Notes: generated by a model not told the origin, from the sequence alone. A stretch of 64,000 bases of DNA from an uncultured Nitrososphaerota archaeon (GCA_963703285.1 OY969807.1:832001-896000), one strand, 5' to 3'. Positions 1 through 11,329 are shown, counted from the first letter of the stretch. Made by a program: numbers and translations.

Positions 1-256
1 GGCGGGAGACGAGCTCCAGGACGTCGGCTGGCCTCGTCCTCGATGCCAACGCTCTGACGGCGGCCTCCTGGATGGACCTGCCGTCGGCGATGGGGTCTGA
101 GAAGGGTATCCCGAGCTCGATGATGTCCGCGCCCCCGGCCACCAGCGCAGAGACGACCCTCTCGGTGGTCTCGATGTCGGGGTCCCCCGCCATCGTGTAG
201 GCCACCAGGGCGCCCTCCCCCTTCAGGGAGCGGAAGGTCTCGGCGATTCTGCTCAT
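1..256 (-). CDS. trpA: tryptophan synthase alpha subunit (5' part; runs off window)
   Basis: ATG at 256 overlapping trpB stop; reads MSRIAETF...[12 protein letters not shown]...[19 protein letters not shown]. Confidence 0.95.
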   Translation of the reverse strand, partial: MSRIAETFRSLKGEGALVAYTMAGDPDIETTERVVSALVAGGADIIELGIPFSDPIADGRSIQEAAVRALASRTRPADVLELVSR

Positions 257-1440
257 AGTTCTAGCCCGGACCTCTTCGCGATTATCTGGACGTCCTTGTC
301 GCCGCGTCCCGAGAGGGTGACGACTACCGACTCGTCCTTCTTCATCCTTGCGGCGAGCTTCACGGCATAAGCTATGGCGTGGGACGATTCCAGCGCGGGG
401 ATTATCCCCTCCTTCGTCGAGAGCAGGTGGAACGCCTTCACCGCACCTTCGTCCGAGATGGAGACGTACTCGGCCCTCCCGCTGTCCCTCAGGAAGGAGT
501 GCTCGGGACCGACCCCCGGATAGTCCAACCCAGCCGAGATGCTCTCAGTAGGGAGGATCTGTCCGTCGTCGTCCTGCAGGAGGTAGGTGAGCATCCCGTG
601 GAGTACGCCCGGCCGCCCCTCGACCAGCGTTGCCGCGCTCTTCCCCCGCCCGGTCCCCCCTGCCTCGACGCCATAGAGCTTCACCGATTGGTCGTGGACG
701 AAGGGGTGGAAGCTTCCCATGGCGTTGGACCCGCCGCCGACGCAGGCCACGATCGCGTCGGGTAGACCGCCCTCCTTTCTCCGAAACTGGCTCTTGACCT
801 CCCTTCCTATGACGCTCTGGAAGTCCCTCACGATGATGGGGTACGGGTGCGGTCCGACCACCGAGCCGATGAGGTAGTAGGTCTCCTTCAGGTTGGTCAC
901 CCAGTCCCTCATCGCCTCATTGATCGCGTCCTTGAGCGTCCGGGACCCGCTGTCGACGCTATGGACCTCTGCTCCCAGCAGTCGCATCCGGAAGACGTTG
1001 AGCTTCTGGCGTTCGACGTCCTCCGAACCCATGTAGACCTCAGCCTTCAGGCCGAGCATCGCGCAAGCCATAGCGGTGGCAACCCCATGCTGGCCGGCGC
1101 CCGTCTCGGCAATCACCCTTTGCTTGCCCATCCGCTTCGCGAGAAGGGCCTGGCCGAGCGTGTTGTTGATCTTGTGCGCGCCGCTGTGGAGGAGGTCCTC
1201 GCGCTTCAGGTATATCCTAGCGCCCCCGGCGTGGGCGGTCAGATTCTCCGCCAGGTACAGCGGGGTTGGCCTGCCGGCGTAGTCAGCCAGCAGGTGCGAG
1301 AGCTCCTTCTTGAAGGCGGGGTCATCGCGCAGCGAGAGGTAGGAACGTTCGAGCTCCTTCACGGCGGGCACTAGCGTCTCCGGTATGAACTGCCCGCCGT
1401 AGGCTCCGAACCGTCCCCTTCTTGGGTAGTCCCCTCTCAT
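253..1440 (-). CDS. trpB: tryptophan synthase beta subunit
   Basis: [47 protein letters not shown]; start taken at ATG 1440. Confidence 0.97.
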   Translation of the reverse strand: MRGDYPRRGRFGAYGGQFIPETLVPAVKELERSYLSLRDDPAFKKELSHLLADYAGRPTPLYLAENLTAHAGGARIYLKREDLLHSGAHKINNTLGQALLAKRMGKQRVIAETGAGQHGVATAMACAMLGLKAEVYMGSEDVERQKLNVFRMRLLGAEVHSVDSGSRTLKDAINEAMRDWVTNLKETYYLIGSVVGPHPYPIIVRDFQSVIGREVKSQFRRKEGGLPDAIVACVGGGSNAMGSFHPFVHDQSVKLYGVEAGGTGRGKSAATLVEGRPGVLHGMLTYLLQDDDGQILPTESISAGLDYPGVGPEHSFLRDSGRAEYVSISDEGAVKAFHLLSTKEGIIPALESSHAIAYAVKLAARMKKDESVVVTLSGRGDKDVQIIAKRSGLEL

Positions 1441-2078
1441 CAGGGACCGGCCCCGCGCGCGCGACGGATGAACTCGGCAATCTTCTCGGTGTCCTTGACG
1501 CCCGGAGAGCTCTCGACCCCCGAGGAGACGTCCACGGCGAAGGGCCGCACGGTCTTGATGCCCTCGCCGACGTTGTCCGGGTTGAGCCCACCCGATAGGA
1601 TGAAGGGTATCGGCGCGACCTCGTCCCTGACACGACGGCAAGCGCTCCAGTCTGAGGTCATCCCCGTCCCTCCTTGAGACCCCTTCCTGTAGGTATCGGC
1701 GAGGAGCGCATCGAAGCCGAGGGCCGCTTCTTTCGCGGGCCGCGTCTCGCCAGAGCCGAGGAGCATGGGCCGAATGAGACTTACTCCGAGGGAGTGACGG
1801 ATGGCCTCTGGGTCGAGCCCTTCCCCGTAGAGTTGGAGGGTCCTGATGCCGGACTCCCGGACCGCGGATTCTTGATCCCTGACGTTCGTCGAGGTCGTGA
1901 CGAGGACGGACGAGACGAATGGGGGGACGCGTCGGGAGAGATCCGCAGCCCGCCGGATGGAGATGTTTCGCGGAGAAGAAGGGAACCCGCTGATGAAGCC
2001 CACCGCGTCGGCCCCCGCTGAGACGGCGGAGTCGACGTCCTCCTCGCGGGTGATGCCGCAGATCTTGACCCTGACCAC
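1440..2078 (-). CDS. trpF: phosphoribosylanthranilate isomerase
   Basis: [29 protein letters not shown]. Confidence 0.96.
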   Translation of the reverse strand: MVRVKICGITREEDVDSAVSAGADAVGFISGFPSSPRNISIRRAADLSRRVPPFVSSVLVTTSTNVRDQESAVRESGIRTLQLYGEGLDPEAIRHSLGVSLIRPMLLGSGETRPAKEAALGFDALLADTYRKGSQGGTGMTSDWSACRRVRDEVAPIPFILSGGLNPDNVGEGIKTVRPFAVDVSSGVESSPGVKDTEKIAEFIRRARGAGP

Positions 2079-2828
2079 CTACTGCCCACCCACCAGGCCG
2101 CGGACGGCGGCCTCGGCGTCGCCGGACCTCATGAGGGCGGATCCGACTAGGAACCCGTCCGCCCCGAGAGACCTGAGCTCCTCCAGCTCCGCCCTCTTCG
2201 TGAGGCCGCTCTCGCAGACGACGGTCTTCGGGTGCCCGTGCCTCGCCAGCAGCGTCCGGGAAGTATCGAGCGACACGTCGAGGGTCCTGAGGTCCCGGTT
2301 GTTGATCCCCACCACGTCGGCCTGCGTCTGGAGCGACTCGACGTACTCGAGCTCCGTGTGGGCCTCGAGGAGCACCTCGAGGCCTCGCGAATGGGCGTGC
2401 TCGATCATGCGGTCGAGGGAGAAACCAGAGAGGCGCGCTCTGTAGATGATGTCCATCAGCAGAACGGCGTCCGCGCCCGCCCTCTCCGCGGCGTCTATCT
2501 GGACGGGGTCGATCACGATGTCCTTCATCAGGACCGGGATTCCGACGTTCCTCTTCACGGCGGTGAGATACTCCAGCCTCCCCTCGAAGTGCTTGGGCTC
2601 GGTCAGCACCGAGATAGCCGCGGCTCCCCCGCGCTGATATCTGAGAGCGAGATCGAGCAGGTCGCCTCCCCGCCTTAGCTGACCCTCCGAGGGAGAGCGG
2701 AACTTCACCTCTGCGATCAGCGGGAGCCCCCTCGCGCTCAGGATGGAGTCGCGGAGGCTCCTGCGGGGAAGATTGGACGTCTCGGCTTTGTAGTATCCCT
2801 CCGATATGGTCTGACGCGCTGACTCCAC
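2079..2828 (-). CDS. trpC: indole-3-glycerol phosphate synthase
   Basis: [27 protein letters not shown]; exact start uncertain. Confidence 0.95.
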   Translation of the reverse strand: MESARQTISEGYYKAETSNLPRRSLRDSILSARGLPLIAEVKFRSPSEGQLRRGGDLLDLALRYQRGGAAAISVLTEPKHFEGRLEYLTAVKRNVGIPVLMKDIVIDPVQIDAAERAGADAVLLMDIIYRARLSGFSLDRMIEHAHSRGLEVLLEAHTELEYVESLQTQADVVGINNRDLRTLDVSLDTSRTLLARHGHPKTVVCESGLTKRAELEELRSLGADGFLVGSALMRSGDAEAAVRGLVGGQ

Positions 2829-2847
2829 GAGAGTTCCGACGAAGTCT

Positions 2848-3903
2848 TCACTGCCCCTGTGCGTAGACGCTCGCCTCCCTCAGCTCTCCCCCGCTGAAGC
2901 GAATAAGGCCTTCCAACTTCTTGTACGCGGCCCCGCTCTCGATGGATTCTCGAGCGAGCGGGACGGCCTCGCGGAACCCACTCGCCCTCCCGGAGACCAC
3001 GATCGCGGCCGCCGCGTTCACAAGCACCATGTCCAGCCTTGCCGACGGCTTGCTGGAGCCTCCGAGGATCTCGAGCGCGGCCCGAGCGCCCTCCTCGACG
3101 GACTCGACCGTCAGCGTCCCGTCCTTCTGCGTGCGCACTCCGAAGTCCGCCGGGGAGAGGTCGCCCGAGATAATCTCGCCGTCCTTCAGCCAGGCCACCG
3201 AGGTCTTACCCGTCACGGAGATCTCGTCCATGCCTTCAAGGGCGTGGATGACCATCGCCTCCTTCGTCCCGAGCTTCGCCAGCGCGCGGGCGACCTTCAT
3301 TGTGAGCGGGAGCGAGTAGACCCCGATTACCTGCGCGTCGGCGCCCGCCGGATTCATCAGCGGACCGAGCAGGTTGAAGATGGTCCTGATGCCCAGCTCC
3401 TTCCTGACGGGGGCCACGTTCTTCATCGCCGGATGGAACGCGGGCGCGAACATGAATCCGATGCCCACCTGCTCGATCGACGCCCTGACCTCCTCGTGGT
3501 CCATGGCCAGGTTGAAGCCGAGCCTCTCGAGCACGTCGGCGCTCCCGCATTTGCTCGTGACCGAACGGTTCCCGTGCTTGGCGACGGTCACGCCCGCGCC
3601 TGCCGCGACGATCGCCGAGAGGGTGCTCACGTTGAACGTCTTGACGCCGTCGCCACCAGTCCCGCACGTGTCGACGAGCCGGCCTCCCACCCTCGGACGG
3701 ATCTTCACCCCGTGGCTCCTGAAGGCCGAGGCGAACGACGCAATCTCCTCGGGGCTTTCTCCCTTGCCGCGCAGGGCAACGAGCAGCCCGGAGATCTGGG
3801 CGGGCGACGCCTGGGCGGTCACGATCTCCTCGAGCGCGCCGTGGATTTCGTGGGGGGCAAGGTCCCGCCCCTCGACGAGGCTCGCGATTGCCTGCTGGAT
3901 CAG
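2848..3903 (-). CDS. trpD: anthranilate phosphoribosyltransferase
   Basis: DTCGTGGDG, NVST, KHGNRSVTSKCGSADVLE; frame is open to CTG 3903 and encodes the expected N-terminal helix IQQAIASLVEGRDL. Confidence 0.95.
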   Translation of the reverse strand: MIQQAIASLVEGRDLAPHEIHGALEEIVTAQASPAQISGLLVALRGKGESPEEIASFASAFRSHGVKIRPRVGGRLVDTCGTGGDGVKTFNVSTLSAIVAAGAGVTVAKHGNRSVTSKCGSADVLERLGFNLAMDHEEVRASIEQVGIGFMFAPAFHPAMKNVAPVRKELGIRTIFNLLGPLMNPAGADAQVIGVYSLPLTMKVARALAKLGTKEAMVIHALEGMDEISVTGKTSVAWLKDGEIISGDLSPADFGVRTQKDGTLTVESVEEGARAALEILGGSSKPSARLDMVLVNAAAAIVVSGRASGFREAVPLARESIESGAAYKKLEGLIRFSGGELREASVYAQGQ

Positions 3904-4490
3904 TGCTCTACACCCCTCTCCAGGAAGTTAGAGACGATCTTCTTGCCCTCGGGCGTCATTATCGATTCCGGGTGGTACTGGACCCCCTCGATCGGGTACT
4001 CGACGTGCCTGACGCCCATGACCTCCCCGTCGTCCATCGACAGGGCAGTGACCTTGAGGCAGTCCGGCACGTCCTGCTTCGCTATGACGAGCGAGTGGTA
4101 CCTGGTGGCCTCGAGCGGGTTGGCGACTCCTCGGAGGACGCCCCTCCCGTCGTGAACTATCCTGCTGGTCTTGCCGTGCATGAGGCGCGAGGCCCTCACG
4201 ACCCTCCCTCCGAAGGCCGCGCCTATGCCCTGATGGCCCAGGCAGACACCCAGCGTGGGCGTCTTCTTGCTCATGGATTTCAGCACGGACTGGCAGACGC
4301 CGAAGTAGTGCTCGTCCTCGGGGTTCCCGGGACCCGGAGAGATGATAATGCGGTCGGGCTCCAGGGCCTCGGCCTGCTCGAGCGTGATCCTGTCGTTCCT
4401 GTAGACGAGGGGGGACGCCCCCAGCTCGCCGACGTACTGGGCGAGGTTGTAGACGAAGGAGTCGTAGTTGTCGATGACGAGGACCCTCAT
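3900..4490 (-). CDS. trpG: anthranilate synthase component II (glutamine amidotransferase)
   Basis: MRVLVIDNYDSF, SPGPG, GVCLGHQ, RYHSL, QYHPES. Confidence 0.96.
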   Translation of the reverse strand: MRVLVIDNYDSFVYNLAQYVGELGASPLVYRNDRITLEQAEALEPDRIIISPGPGNPEDEHYFGVCQSVLKSMSKKTPTLGVCLGHQGIGAAFGGRVVRASRLMHGKTSRIVHDGRGVLRGVANPLEATRYHSLVIAKQDVPDCLKVTALSMDDGEVMGVRHVEYPIEGVQYHPESIMTPEGKKIVSNFLERGVEH

Positions 4491-5884
4491 CTCGGACCAC
4501 CCGATGACTCGACGGCACGGAAGAGGGCCGCGGCCTTGTTCTCCGTCTCCTGCCATTCCTTCGACGGGTCGGAGTCGGCAACCACCCCGCCTCCCGCCTG
4601 GATGCTGCACCTCGTGCCGTTGGCCACGAGCGTCCGAATGGTTATGGCGAAGTCGGCGTTCCCGTTGAAGGAGATGTAACCGAGCGCGCCCCCGTAGGGG
4701 CCCCTGCGCGTGGGCTCGAGCTCCTCGATTATCTCCATCGCCCTGGGCTTGGGCGCGCCGGAGAGCGTCCCGGCCGGGAAGAGGGCGCGGAGCGCGTCGA
4801 ACGAGTCGTACTCCTCCCTGAGGTCGCCCGCGACCTTCGAGACGATGTGCTGGACGTGGCTGTACTGCTGGATCGTGAGGAGTTCCGGGACTTTCACGCT
4901 TCCGTATTTCGCGACCTTCCCGACGTCGTTCCTCCCAAGGTCGACGAGCATGACGTGCTCCGCCCTCTCCTTGGGGTCAGCAAGCAGCTCCCTGGTGAGG
5001 CGCTCGTTCTCCACCGGGTCTTCCGACCTTGGGGCGGTGCCCGCGATGGGGAAGCTCTCTATGCGCCTGTCCTCGATCCTGAGGAGCATCTCCGGGCTAG
5101 ACCCGATTATCCGCCTTTCGCCGAACCTCAGGAAGTACATGTACGGTGAGGGGTTGATGCGGCTGAGCTCGGAGTAGAACCTCATGAGGTCGCCGCTCGC
5201 CCGGAAGTCGTGGCGCTTGGACGGCACGACCTGGAAGATGTCCCCCGCGGCGATGTACTCCTTCGCCCGTGTGACGATGCCCTCGTAGTCTGCCTTCTCT
5301 ATGTTCGGCGTCCTCGGCCCGTGGTCGAGGCTCCCCATCTTCGCGCTTCGACCCAGGAGGCCCTTGACCGTCTCGGACCTGTCCTCCCCGAGCGTGCAGT
5401 AGCGCACCTCGCCTCGTGCGTGGTCGAAGGCGACCCCGTCGGTGTAGACGCCGAACTCCATGTCCGGGAGAAGGAGGTCGTCATTGGCCGCGCTCGGGAG
5501 CTCCTCCCAGTAGCGGACCGAGTCATAGGAGACGTAACCCACCGCTCCGCCGATGAACCGGTACGGGCCCCTCACCTTCGTTGGGCCCAGGGCGGCCCGA
5601 AGGTCCTCGAGCGGGTCTGAGGTCCTCCTTCGCTCGCGGCCTCCGCCGACCCTGTCGGTGATCTCGAGGTCTCCGTCCTTGACGCGGAAGGTCATCGCCG
5701 GCTCGAAGCCGATGAAGGAGTACTCGGCGAGCCTCGTCGCGCCCTTCGCGGACTCGAGCAGGAAGGCTTCCTCGAATTCCTCTTGGACCTTCAGGAAGAG
5801 CTGTTGGGGGGAGTCGGAAGTGTCGAGCCTATCGGTCCTCAGACCGGACGACTGTAGAGTCACCGGAGCGCCAAAGATAGCCAC
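4487..5884 (-). CDS. trpE: anthranilate synthase component I
   Basis: LLES, GDIFQVV, NPSPYMY, EHVMLVDLGRND, PAGTLSGAPK; start approximate. Confidence 0.96.
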   Translation of the reverse strand: MAIFGAPVTLQSSGLRTDRLDTSDSPQQLFLKVQEEFEEAFLLESAKGATRLAEYSFIGFEPAMTFRVKDGDLEITDRVGGGRERRRTSDPLEDLRAALGPTKVRGPYRFIGGAVGYVSYDSVRYWEELPSAANDDLLLPDMEFGVYTDGVAFDHARGEVRYCTLGEDRSETVKGLLGRSAKMGSLDHGPRTPNIEKADYEGIVTRAKEYIAAGDIFQVVPSKRHDFRASGDLMRFYSELSRINPSPYMYFLRFGERRIIGSSPEMLLRIEDRRIESFPIAGTAPRSEDPVENERLTRELLADPKERAEHVMLVDLGRNDVGKVAKYGSVKVPELLTIQQYSHVQHIVSKVAGDLREEYDSFDALRALFPAGTLSGAPKPRAMEIIEELEPTRRGPYGGALGYISFNGNADFAITIRTLVANGTRCSIQAGGGVVADSDPSKEWQETENKAAALFRAVESSGGPR

Positions 5885-6255
5885 CCATGCTTTTCGCCAA
5901 GGACAGTTGCCCGGATAGCCGTATTTATAGATGTTGTCGGTCATGCATAACAGTCCTAATACGTACATCCATCCGTCATAACTCAGGCCACCGAAGGACC
6001 CAGTTCGGTTGACGGTTTACGCGCGTCACAAAAGCTGAGCTACTGAGAGGTAGCTTAGGCCATCTGTAAGGAGCAATGCCCGAAGGACTGTAGTGAAGCA
6101 TGTCGAGTCATGCTCACATAACTCAGACACACATCAGAATGGCCGTCCTAGACAATAGGACTATCTACCTTCAGCGACTATAAGCACCCACGACAATCAG
6201 CGTCATTCGGACAAACGTACTAATGACGACTGTCCACTCTGAATGCCGACCTGAC

Positions 6256-6741
6256 GTGATAACGCAAAGACGGGCAATTGGAAAAGCAGTTATTGCCATA
6301 ATTGCGCTCACAGTCGTTATAGTCGGCGCAATAAGCGTCATCGCACTTACATCGCGTACAACTACTGGTACAATCATTGCCATTGGAACCTGCACACTTG
6401 GATCAGCATCCGCAGGGCCTCAAAGCCAGAGCACGGGCAACTACTACATCCAAGTCAATTACGCTGGACAGTGGAATTCACAGATACAGGGCTTCTCCTC
6501 ATTAAAGGAGAGTCTTGGCACCCTCACAGTGAATCAGTGCTTACCTAGCAGTGGAAACGCTACATTCGTCGTTCCAAACTGGAATCCAACCGGCGAGTCA
6601 TACCTGTGCGCTTGGGCGAGCAAATTCGACTCCAGCAACGGTATTTTGACCGTCTCGGTCAGTTATGGAGCCGCAACCCAATCGAAGAGCACTGGTGCGC
6701 CATATGGCAGCGCGATAGCCTGTCTCAGTGTCGCACCCTAA
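6256..6741 (+). CDS. secreted/surface protein with class III (type IV pilin-like) signal peptide
   Basis: MITQRRA|IGKAVIAIIALTVVIVG followed by a Ser/Thr-rich beta-type domain with 4 Cys. Confidence 0.6.
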   Translation: MITQRRAIGKAVIAIIALTVVIVGAISVIALTSRTTTGTIIAIGTCTLGSASAGPQSQSTGNYYIQVNYAGQWNSQIQGFSSLKESLGTLTVNQCLPSSGNATFVVPNWNPTGESYLCAWASKFDSSNGILTVSVSYGAATQSKSTGAPYGSAIACLSVAP

Positions 6742-6916
6742 GTTCGGAGAGAATGAGATGGCCACTCTACACTACGGTATGTAGGGCTGGGCGTCCACAG
6801 CCGTAAGGTTTGGACTCCCGAAGGTGAAAGTCGTCTGGCGTGTTCGACTCCGAGCAGGGTCCAGTCGGGGCGAGTTAGAGGCGGTTCCGAAGCCAGACAG
6901 AAGCAGAACTGACTTC

Positions 6917-7123
6917 TCACCGTCTGGCTCTATTGACCAACAAGTACACAGCTAGACCTACAAGCATAAGGAGAACAAAGAACCCAATACCAAAGATGAT
7001 TGTCAAGCCTAGACCCATCACACCCAGATAGGCAGAACTTGAAGTCAATGCGAGCAATACAAAGACAACTGCCAACGCTCCAACAAATGCTGCAAAATAC
7101 CTTATGTCTCTAATCACATTCAT
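6917..7123 (-). CDS. small two-TM membrane protein
   Basis: ATG 7123; two hydrophobic stretches and a basic tail. Confidence 0.55.
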   Translation of the reverse strand: MNVIRDIRYFAAFVGALAVVFVLLALTSSSAYLGVMGLGLTIIFGIGFFVLLMLVGLAVYLLVNRARR

Positions 7124-7384
7124 TGGAATCCTTCTGTACTGGATACCCGCGACGTATATACGAATTACGACACGGAATTCATGCATCTGACGCACAAGAA
7201 GAGGACGGAGGACGTAGGGGTTAAAGCCCGGTGATGCGAAAGTATCACGCCGGGTTGGGAGGGAGGGTGCGTGCTTCCTGCCCGAAGTGATTTGGGCGTG
7301 GCAGCGCACTCTTACCTCAGGACAGAAACAAGAAGGTCCTAGACCTGATCTACGAGCCCGACCGAGCCCCGATTGCGGATATAA

Positions 7385-7422
7385 TTCATATCCACCTCTC
7401 TTCTTTTTTTAATCGATTTTTG
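7385..7422. repeat. ~38-bp direct repeat, copy 1 (copy 2 at 8032-8069)
   Basis: ttcatatcc(a/g)cctctcttctttttt...cgattttt occurs at both sites. Confidence 0.8.
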
Positions 7423-7671
7423 AGCCCCTTCTTCCGGGTGTAAGTTTTGCAGGAAGCATCCCGAAGCCCAAGCAACCTTGCAACAGGATTAAGCAACGAA
7501 AGGATGGAGGCGCAGCGAAGTTACTCGCTTGTGCCGAGCCAGCCACGTCTCCCTTGGACGAATCCTTAAGAAACGCCTTTCCATTTTGAACTTCATCATT
7601 GACAACGGCAAACTTGACTATCATGCGCCAAAATCAATCCCCCTCCATGCAAAGGTTGGTGTGACAAAAGA

Positions 7672-7887
7672 GTGGGCATCTGGTATCCCGGTCCGTTCGG
7701 ACATGAGAGCATCGGGAGATGCAGAGGGTGTGGAAAGATAACTAAAAACGTACATGAATGTGAGAAATGCAATGCCGTGTACTGCGATGATTGCGCGCAC
7801 AAGCTAAACGACCGGTGTGCTGTCATAGCGGGCCCCGACTCGAGATGCAACGGCAGAATATACGATCTTTCAAGGCGAATGATCTAG
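7672..7887 (+). CDS. small Cys-rich zinc-finger-like protein
   Basis: CRGC, CEKC, CDDC and C-x9-C in 71 aa. Confidence 0.55.
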   Translation: MGIWYPGPFGHESIGRCRGCGKITKNVHECEKCNAVYCDDCAHKLNDRCAVIAGPDSRCNGRIYDLSRRMI

Positions 7888-8031
7888 ACATTCTACGCTC
7901 CATCCGTCTTCGTGGCGAGCTATCAGTGGAGCAGTCGTCTGCCGATTCCACGGCCGCAAGATGAAGCCTCGCGCCTCAAAAAGCCGCACGGGCAGATATG
8001 CTACGCGCAGTGGTTTTATTCTTCATTTCTC

Positions 8032-8069
8032 TTCATATCCGCCTCTCTTCTTTTTTGAACGATTTTTTG
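8032..8069. repeat. ~38-bp direct repeat, copy 2
   Basis: matches 7385-7422. Confidence 0.8.
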
Positions 8070-8224
8070 GCTCTCTGAAGAACTATTGGAATGTCATATG
8101 AGCTAGCCAAGAACCTTGAAACCCTCTTCCAGATCAAAATTATATCCTATCGCCTCCCAGAAACCGGCAGACTTGGTGTCGGTTGCCCAGATTCTATCAA
8201 ATCCGCAATCACACAGATACTCTT

Positions 8225-8389
8225 CTATGTCTTCAACCAACCTTCGGCCGACGCTCCTCCCGGCTTCTGGACCACGTAGGCCAGATGGATTTCGGCATCC
8301 CCGTCGTGAGCTGCGATCGCGATCGCAAAGTCTAGGGCGCGGACCGACTCCTCAGAGCCGTCGTATCCCACGAGGATCCTACGCACCAT
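8225..8389 (-). pseudogene. universal stress protein (UspA family) N-terminal fragment
   Basis: manual translation MVRRILVGYDGSEESVRALDFAIAIAAHDGDAEIHLAYVV, stop after 54 aa; not in the ORF track. Confidence 0.75.
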
Positions 8390-8522
8390 TCTGCTCGCAC
8401 TTCCTCAAATCACACCGTCAGCCTCAATTTCTCTGTAGATTGGACTGGAAGAATCAACTCACTCTTCACCTAGGAGAGGACGTGAAGCGACATCTCCTTC
8501 ATTGTCTCGCACGAGCGTTATT

Positions 8523-8605
8523 AACGTAACGCTAGTTACACTTTCTGATTGCGTCCGATCTCCTTCTTCTACCGCATCTATGGCTTCTCCGGTCGTGTCT
8601 GCGTT
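8523..8605. repeat. ~80-bp direct repeat, copy 1 (copy 2 at 11330-11409), containing the palindrome GTAAC-N4-GTTAC
   Basis: first 37 nt identical (aacgtaacgctagttacactttctgattgcgtccgat); last 30 nt have 2 mismatches. Confidence 0.9.
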
Positions 8606-8847
8606 CTTCAGATTCATTTACCGAAAGTGTACGGGTTGAAGCTAACCGGCTTCGAACCCAAAACGCCGCAAGTGGTAAGAATTTCTTACTGTGCGTTTCG
8701 AACCCAAATGGGGCTGGACCCTCCGGGCCCGCTAACAATTAGCGCAGAATTGACGCCGATTAGCTTAAAGAGTCAAATTCTGGCGATTCTATCGCCAATT
8801 CAACTCCGCAAGTCTCGAATTGGAACACCAATGGTCAAAGGAAGACG

Positions 8848-9096
8848 ATGCGAAAAAGGGTCGAGCTTCAGCTCAAGCTACTCTGGTACGAACAGGGAAT
8901 CGACGGGATGAGTGATGGAGAAATAGGGCTAATGGCTAAGAGATTTGCCGTCAAGGACTATAGGGTCGCTCTTCGAGACAGGGGCGTTCTCTATGACCAG
9001 AAGGAAGACCTTTGGAAATATCTGCTGTTAGAGCCGAAGACGAACGTTAAGAGGAGGAAGCAATACGAGAGTCGGTATGTCAGCAAAGAACAGTAA
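8848..9096 (+). CDS. hypothetical basic protein
   Basis: 82-aa ORF with ATG and protein-like composition. Confidence 0.4.
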   Translation: MRKRVELQLKLLWYEQGIDGMSDGEIGLMAKRFAVKDYRVALRDRGVLYDQKEDLWKYLLLEPKTNVKRRKQYESRYVSKEQ

Positions 9097-9412
9097 GGAG
9101 GCGCTGCGACTAGACCTTTCCAGCTCTCATTTGGTTCAACAGTTCGAGAACCGCAAGGTGGCATGGTCCGCGTCCTCAAGGAAGATTGCGCCAGGACGCC
9201 CCGTATCTTCTCCGGTTCGGCCAGGTCGCTTACCCCGGTCTTGCCGGGCCTGCCGGGACGAGGCATCATCTCGGGCTAACTTAGTCTGACGCCCGGTTCC
9301 TGCAGCAAACCAGAGACGAGCGTTCCGATTGCTCGAGACGCGGAACCGCGAGGCTGAGTGTGGACTGATAGCCATATAATAAGGCCTGTTTGGCGGACCG
9401 GCCAGGCTTGAA

Positions 9413-10039
9413 TTGAGGCTCGGGAGCTGGCTTGTTCCGCAGGACAAGATCTTCTTCGACATGCTCGAGGAGGAGTCCGGCAACGTCGCAGAAGGGGCGC
9501 AGGAACTCGAGGAGATGATCACAAAGTTCGACAGACTGGAGGAGAGAAGGTCCGAGATAAGACGAATAGAGCACCGCGGCGACGAGATTGTGCACCAAAT
9601 CTACGAGAAAGTCAATTCGGCGTTCATCACGCCGATAGACCAGGACGACATCACGAAGCTCGCGTCGCTCTACGACGATGTGCTGGATTATACGGAGGCG
9701 GTCGCCAACAGGATAGTGCTGTACGAGCTTCGGGAGGCGACCGAACCCATGAAAGAGATGGCTAGGATCGTGGGGCAGTCGGTCGGGGAGATACATGCAG
9801 CGTTCGTCGCCATGAGGCACAACAACGGCGAAGAAATCGACAAGAGATGCATAGCGGTCGACACCCTAGAGAACGAGGCGGACGTCGTACTCAACATCGG
9901 CGTCGCCCAGCTGTTCAAGGGGAACGACGTGATACAGATAATGAAGCTCAAGGAGATCTACGAGGAGCTCGAGATCGTCACGGACAAGTGCGAAGACGTG
10001 AGCCAAGAGCTGCGCGACATAGTGAGACGCTACTCGTAG
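9413..10039 (+). CDS. DUF47 / PhoU-like phosphate transport regulator
   Basis: EHRGDEI, FITPIDQDDI, ENEAD, DKCEDV; upstream of PiT. Confidence 0.92.
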   Translation: MRLGSWLVPQDKIFFDMLEEESGNVAEGAQELEEMITKFDRLEERRSEIRRIEHRGDEIVHQIYEKVNSAFITPIDQDDITKLASLYDDVLDYTEAVANRIVLYELREATEPMKEMARIVGQSVGEIHAAFVAMRHNNGEEIDKRCIAVDTLENEADVVLNIGVAQLFKGNDVIQIMKLKEIYEELEIVTDKCEDVSQELRDIVRRYS

Positions 10040-10057
10040 ATCAGTCGTGAGCGCTCA

Positions 10058-11047
10058 ATGTTCACTCCACTGGTCATCGGGATCATAGGAATCGCCTACT
10101 CTTTCGATTTCGTCAACGGCTTCCACGACTCCGCCGACGCTATCTCGACGGTCGTTTCCACGCGTGCGCTCTCCCCGCTAGCGGCCGTGGGAATGGCTGC
10201 GACATTCAACTTCGTCGCGTTCCTAGTCTTCGGATTCGCGGTGGCAGCCACGATTGGGTCCGGAATAGTCTCCCCTCTGGCCATCAACGCGTACGTCATA
10301 CTGGCCGCCCTACTGGGGGCAATCAGTTGGGACGTGATCACCTGGTATTTCGGCCTCCCCACGAGCTCATCGCACGCACTAATCGGGGGGCTGATCGGTG
10401 CCGGAGTCACAGAGGGGGGCGTGGGCGTCCTCGTCTGGTCCAGCCTCGACAAGACGCTCACCTTCCTCGTCCTATCCCCTATCTTCGGGTTTGTCGTCGC
10501 CTTCGTCCTGATGACGGCCCTGCTCAACGCGTTCCACCGGTATTCCGCTCACACCATCAACGGCTACTTCAAGAGACTGCAGATCGTTTCTTCGAGCCTC
10601 GTGAGCCTGGCCCACGGCAGCAACGACGCGCAGAAGACGATGGGTGTGGTAACGGCGCTGCTCGTGACGACCGGTTATCTCTCGAAGTTCAGCGTCCCGC
10701 TGTGGGTGGCCGTCTTGGCTAACTCCTCGATCGCCCTCGGGACTCTCTTCGGAGGTTGGAGGATCGTGCGCACCATGGGCTTCAGGGTCACGAAGCTGGA
10801 CCCGGTGCACGGCTTTGCTGCAGAGACGACCGCGGCCGGGGTCATCATGAGCGCCTCGTTGCTCGGGATTCCGGTGAGCACGACCCACGTCGTGACCGGC
10901 TCGATTATGGGCGTAGGCGCCACAAGGCGGTTCTCGGCGGTGAGATGGAGCGTCGCAAGGCGCATAGTGTGGACATGGTTGATAACGATCCCTCTCTCTG
11001 CCGTAATCGCTTGTCTGGCGTACCTCGTGATCAGCGTTCTCAGGTAG
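10058..11047 (+). CDS. PiT-family inorganic phosphate transporter
   Basis: NGFHDSAD, GLPTSSSHAL, AHGSNDAQK, PVSTTH. Confidence 0.95.
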   Translation: MFTPLVIGIIGIAYSFDFVNGFHDSADAISTVVSTRALSPLAAVGMAATFNFVAFLVFGFAVAATIGSGIVSPLAINAYVILAALLGAISWDVITWYFGLPTSSSHALIGGLIGAGVTEGGVGVLVWSSLDKTLTFLVLSPIFGFVVAFVLMTALLNAFHRYSAHTINGYFKRLQIVSSSLVSLAHGSNDAQKTMGVVTALLVTTGYLSKFSVPLWVAVLANSSIALGTLFGGWRIVRTMGFRVTKLDPVHGFAAETTAAGVIMSASLLGIPVSTTHVVTGSIMGVGATRRFSAVRWSVARRIVWTWLITIPLSAVIACLAYLVISVLR

Positions 11048-11329
11048 CCTATGCGTGGCCCTCGTACAGATCAAGCCATTCCTCCACAGGTCTCCTCATG
11101 GTCGGAGCGCATAACTCGGGCGCTGAGCTCATGCCCGCGGCCTCGATATCAGAGAGCATGCCGCTTTGAGTTTGGTGGCCCCTGGCCCTCCGCGCCGCTC
11201 ATCCCAGGGGTCCTGTCGACCGGGCTGCTAGGACAAATCGAACTAAAACGCGACAATCCTGGTCGGGCTACCTTTTCCTCGGAATCCATTTTCAGAACCC
11301 GTTTGGGGGCCGGTCCTGCCGCAGGTAGA

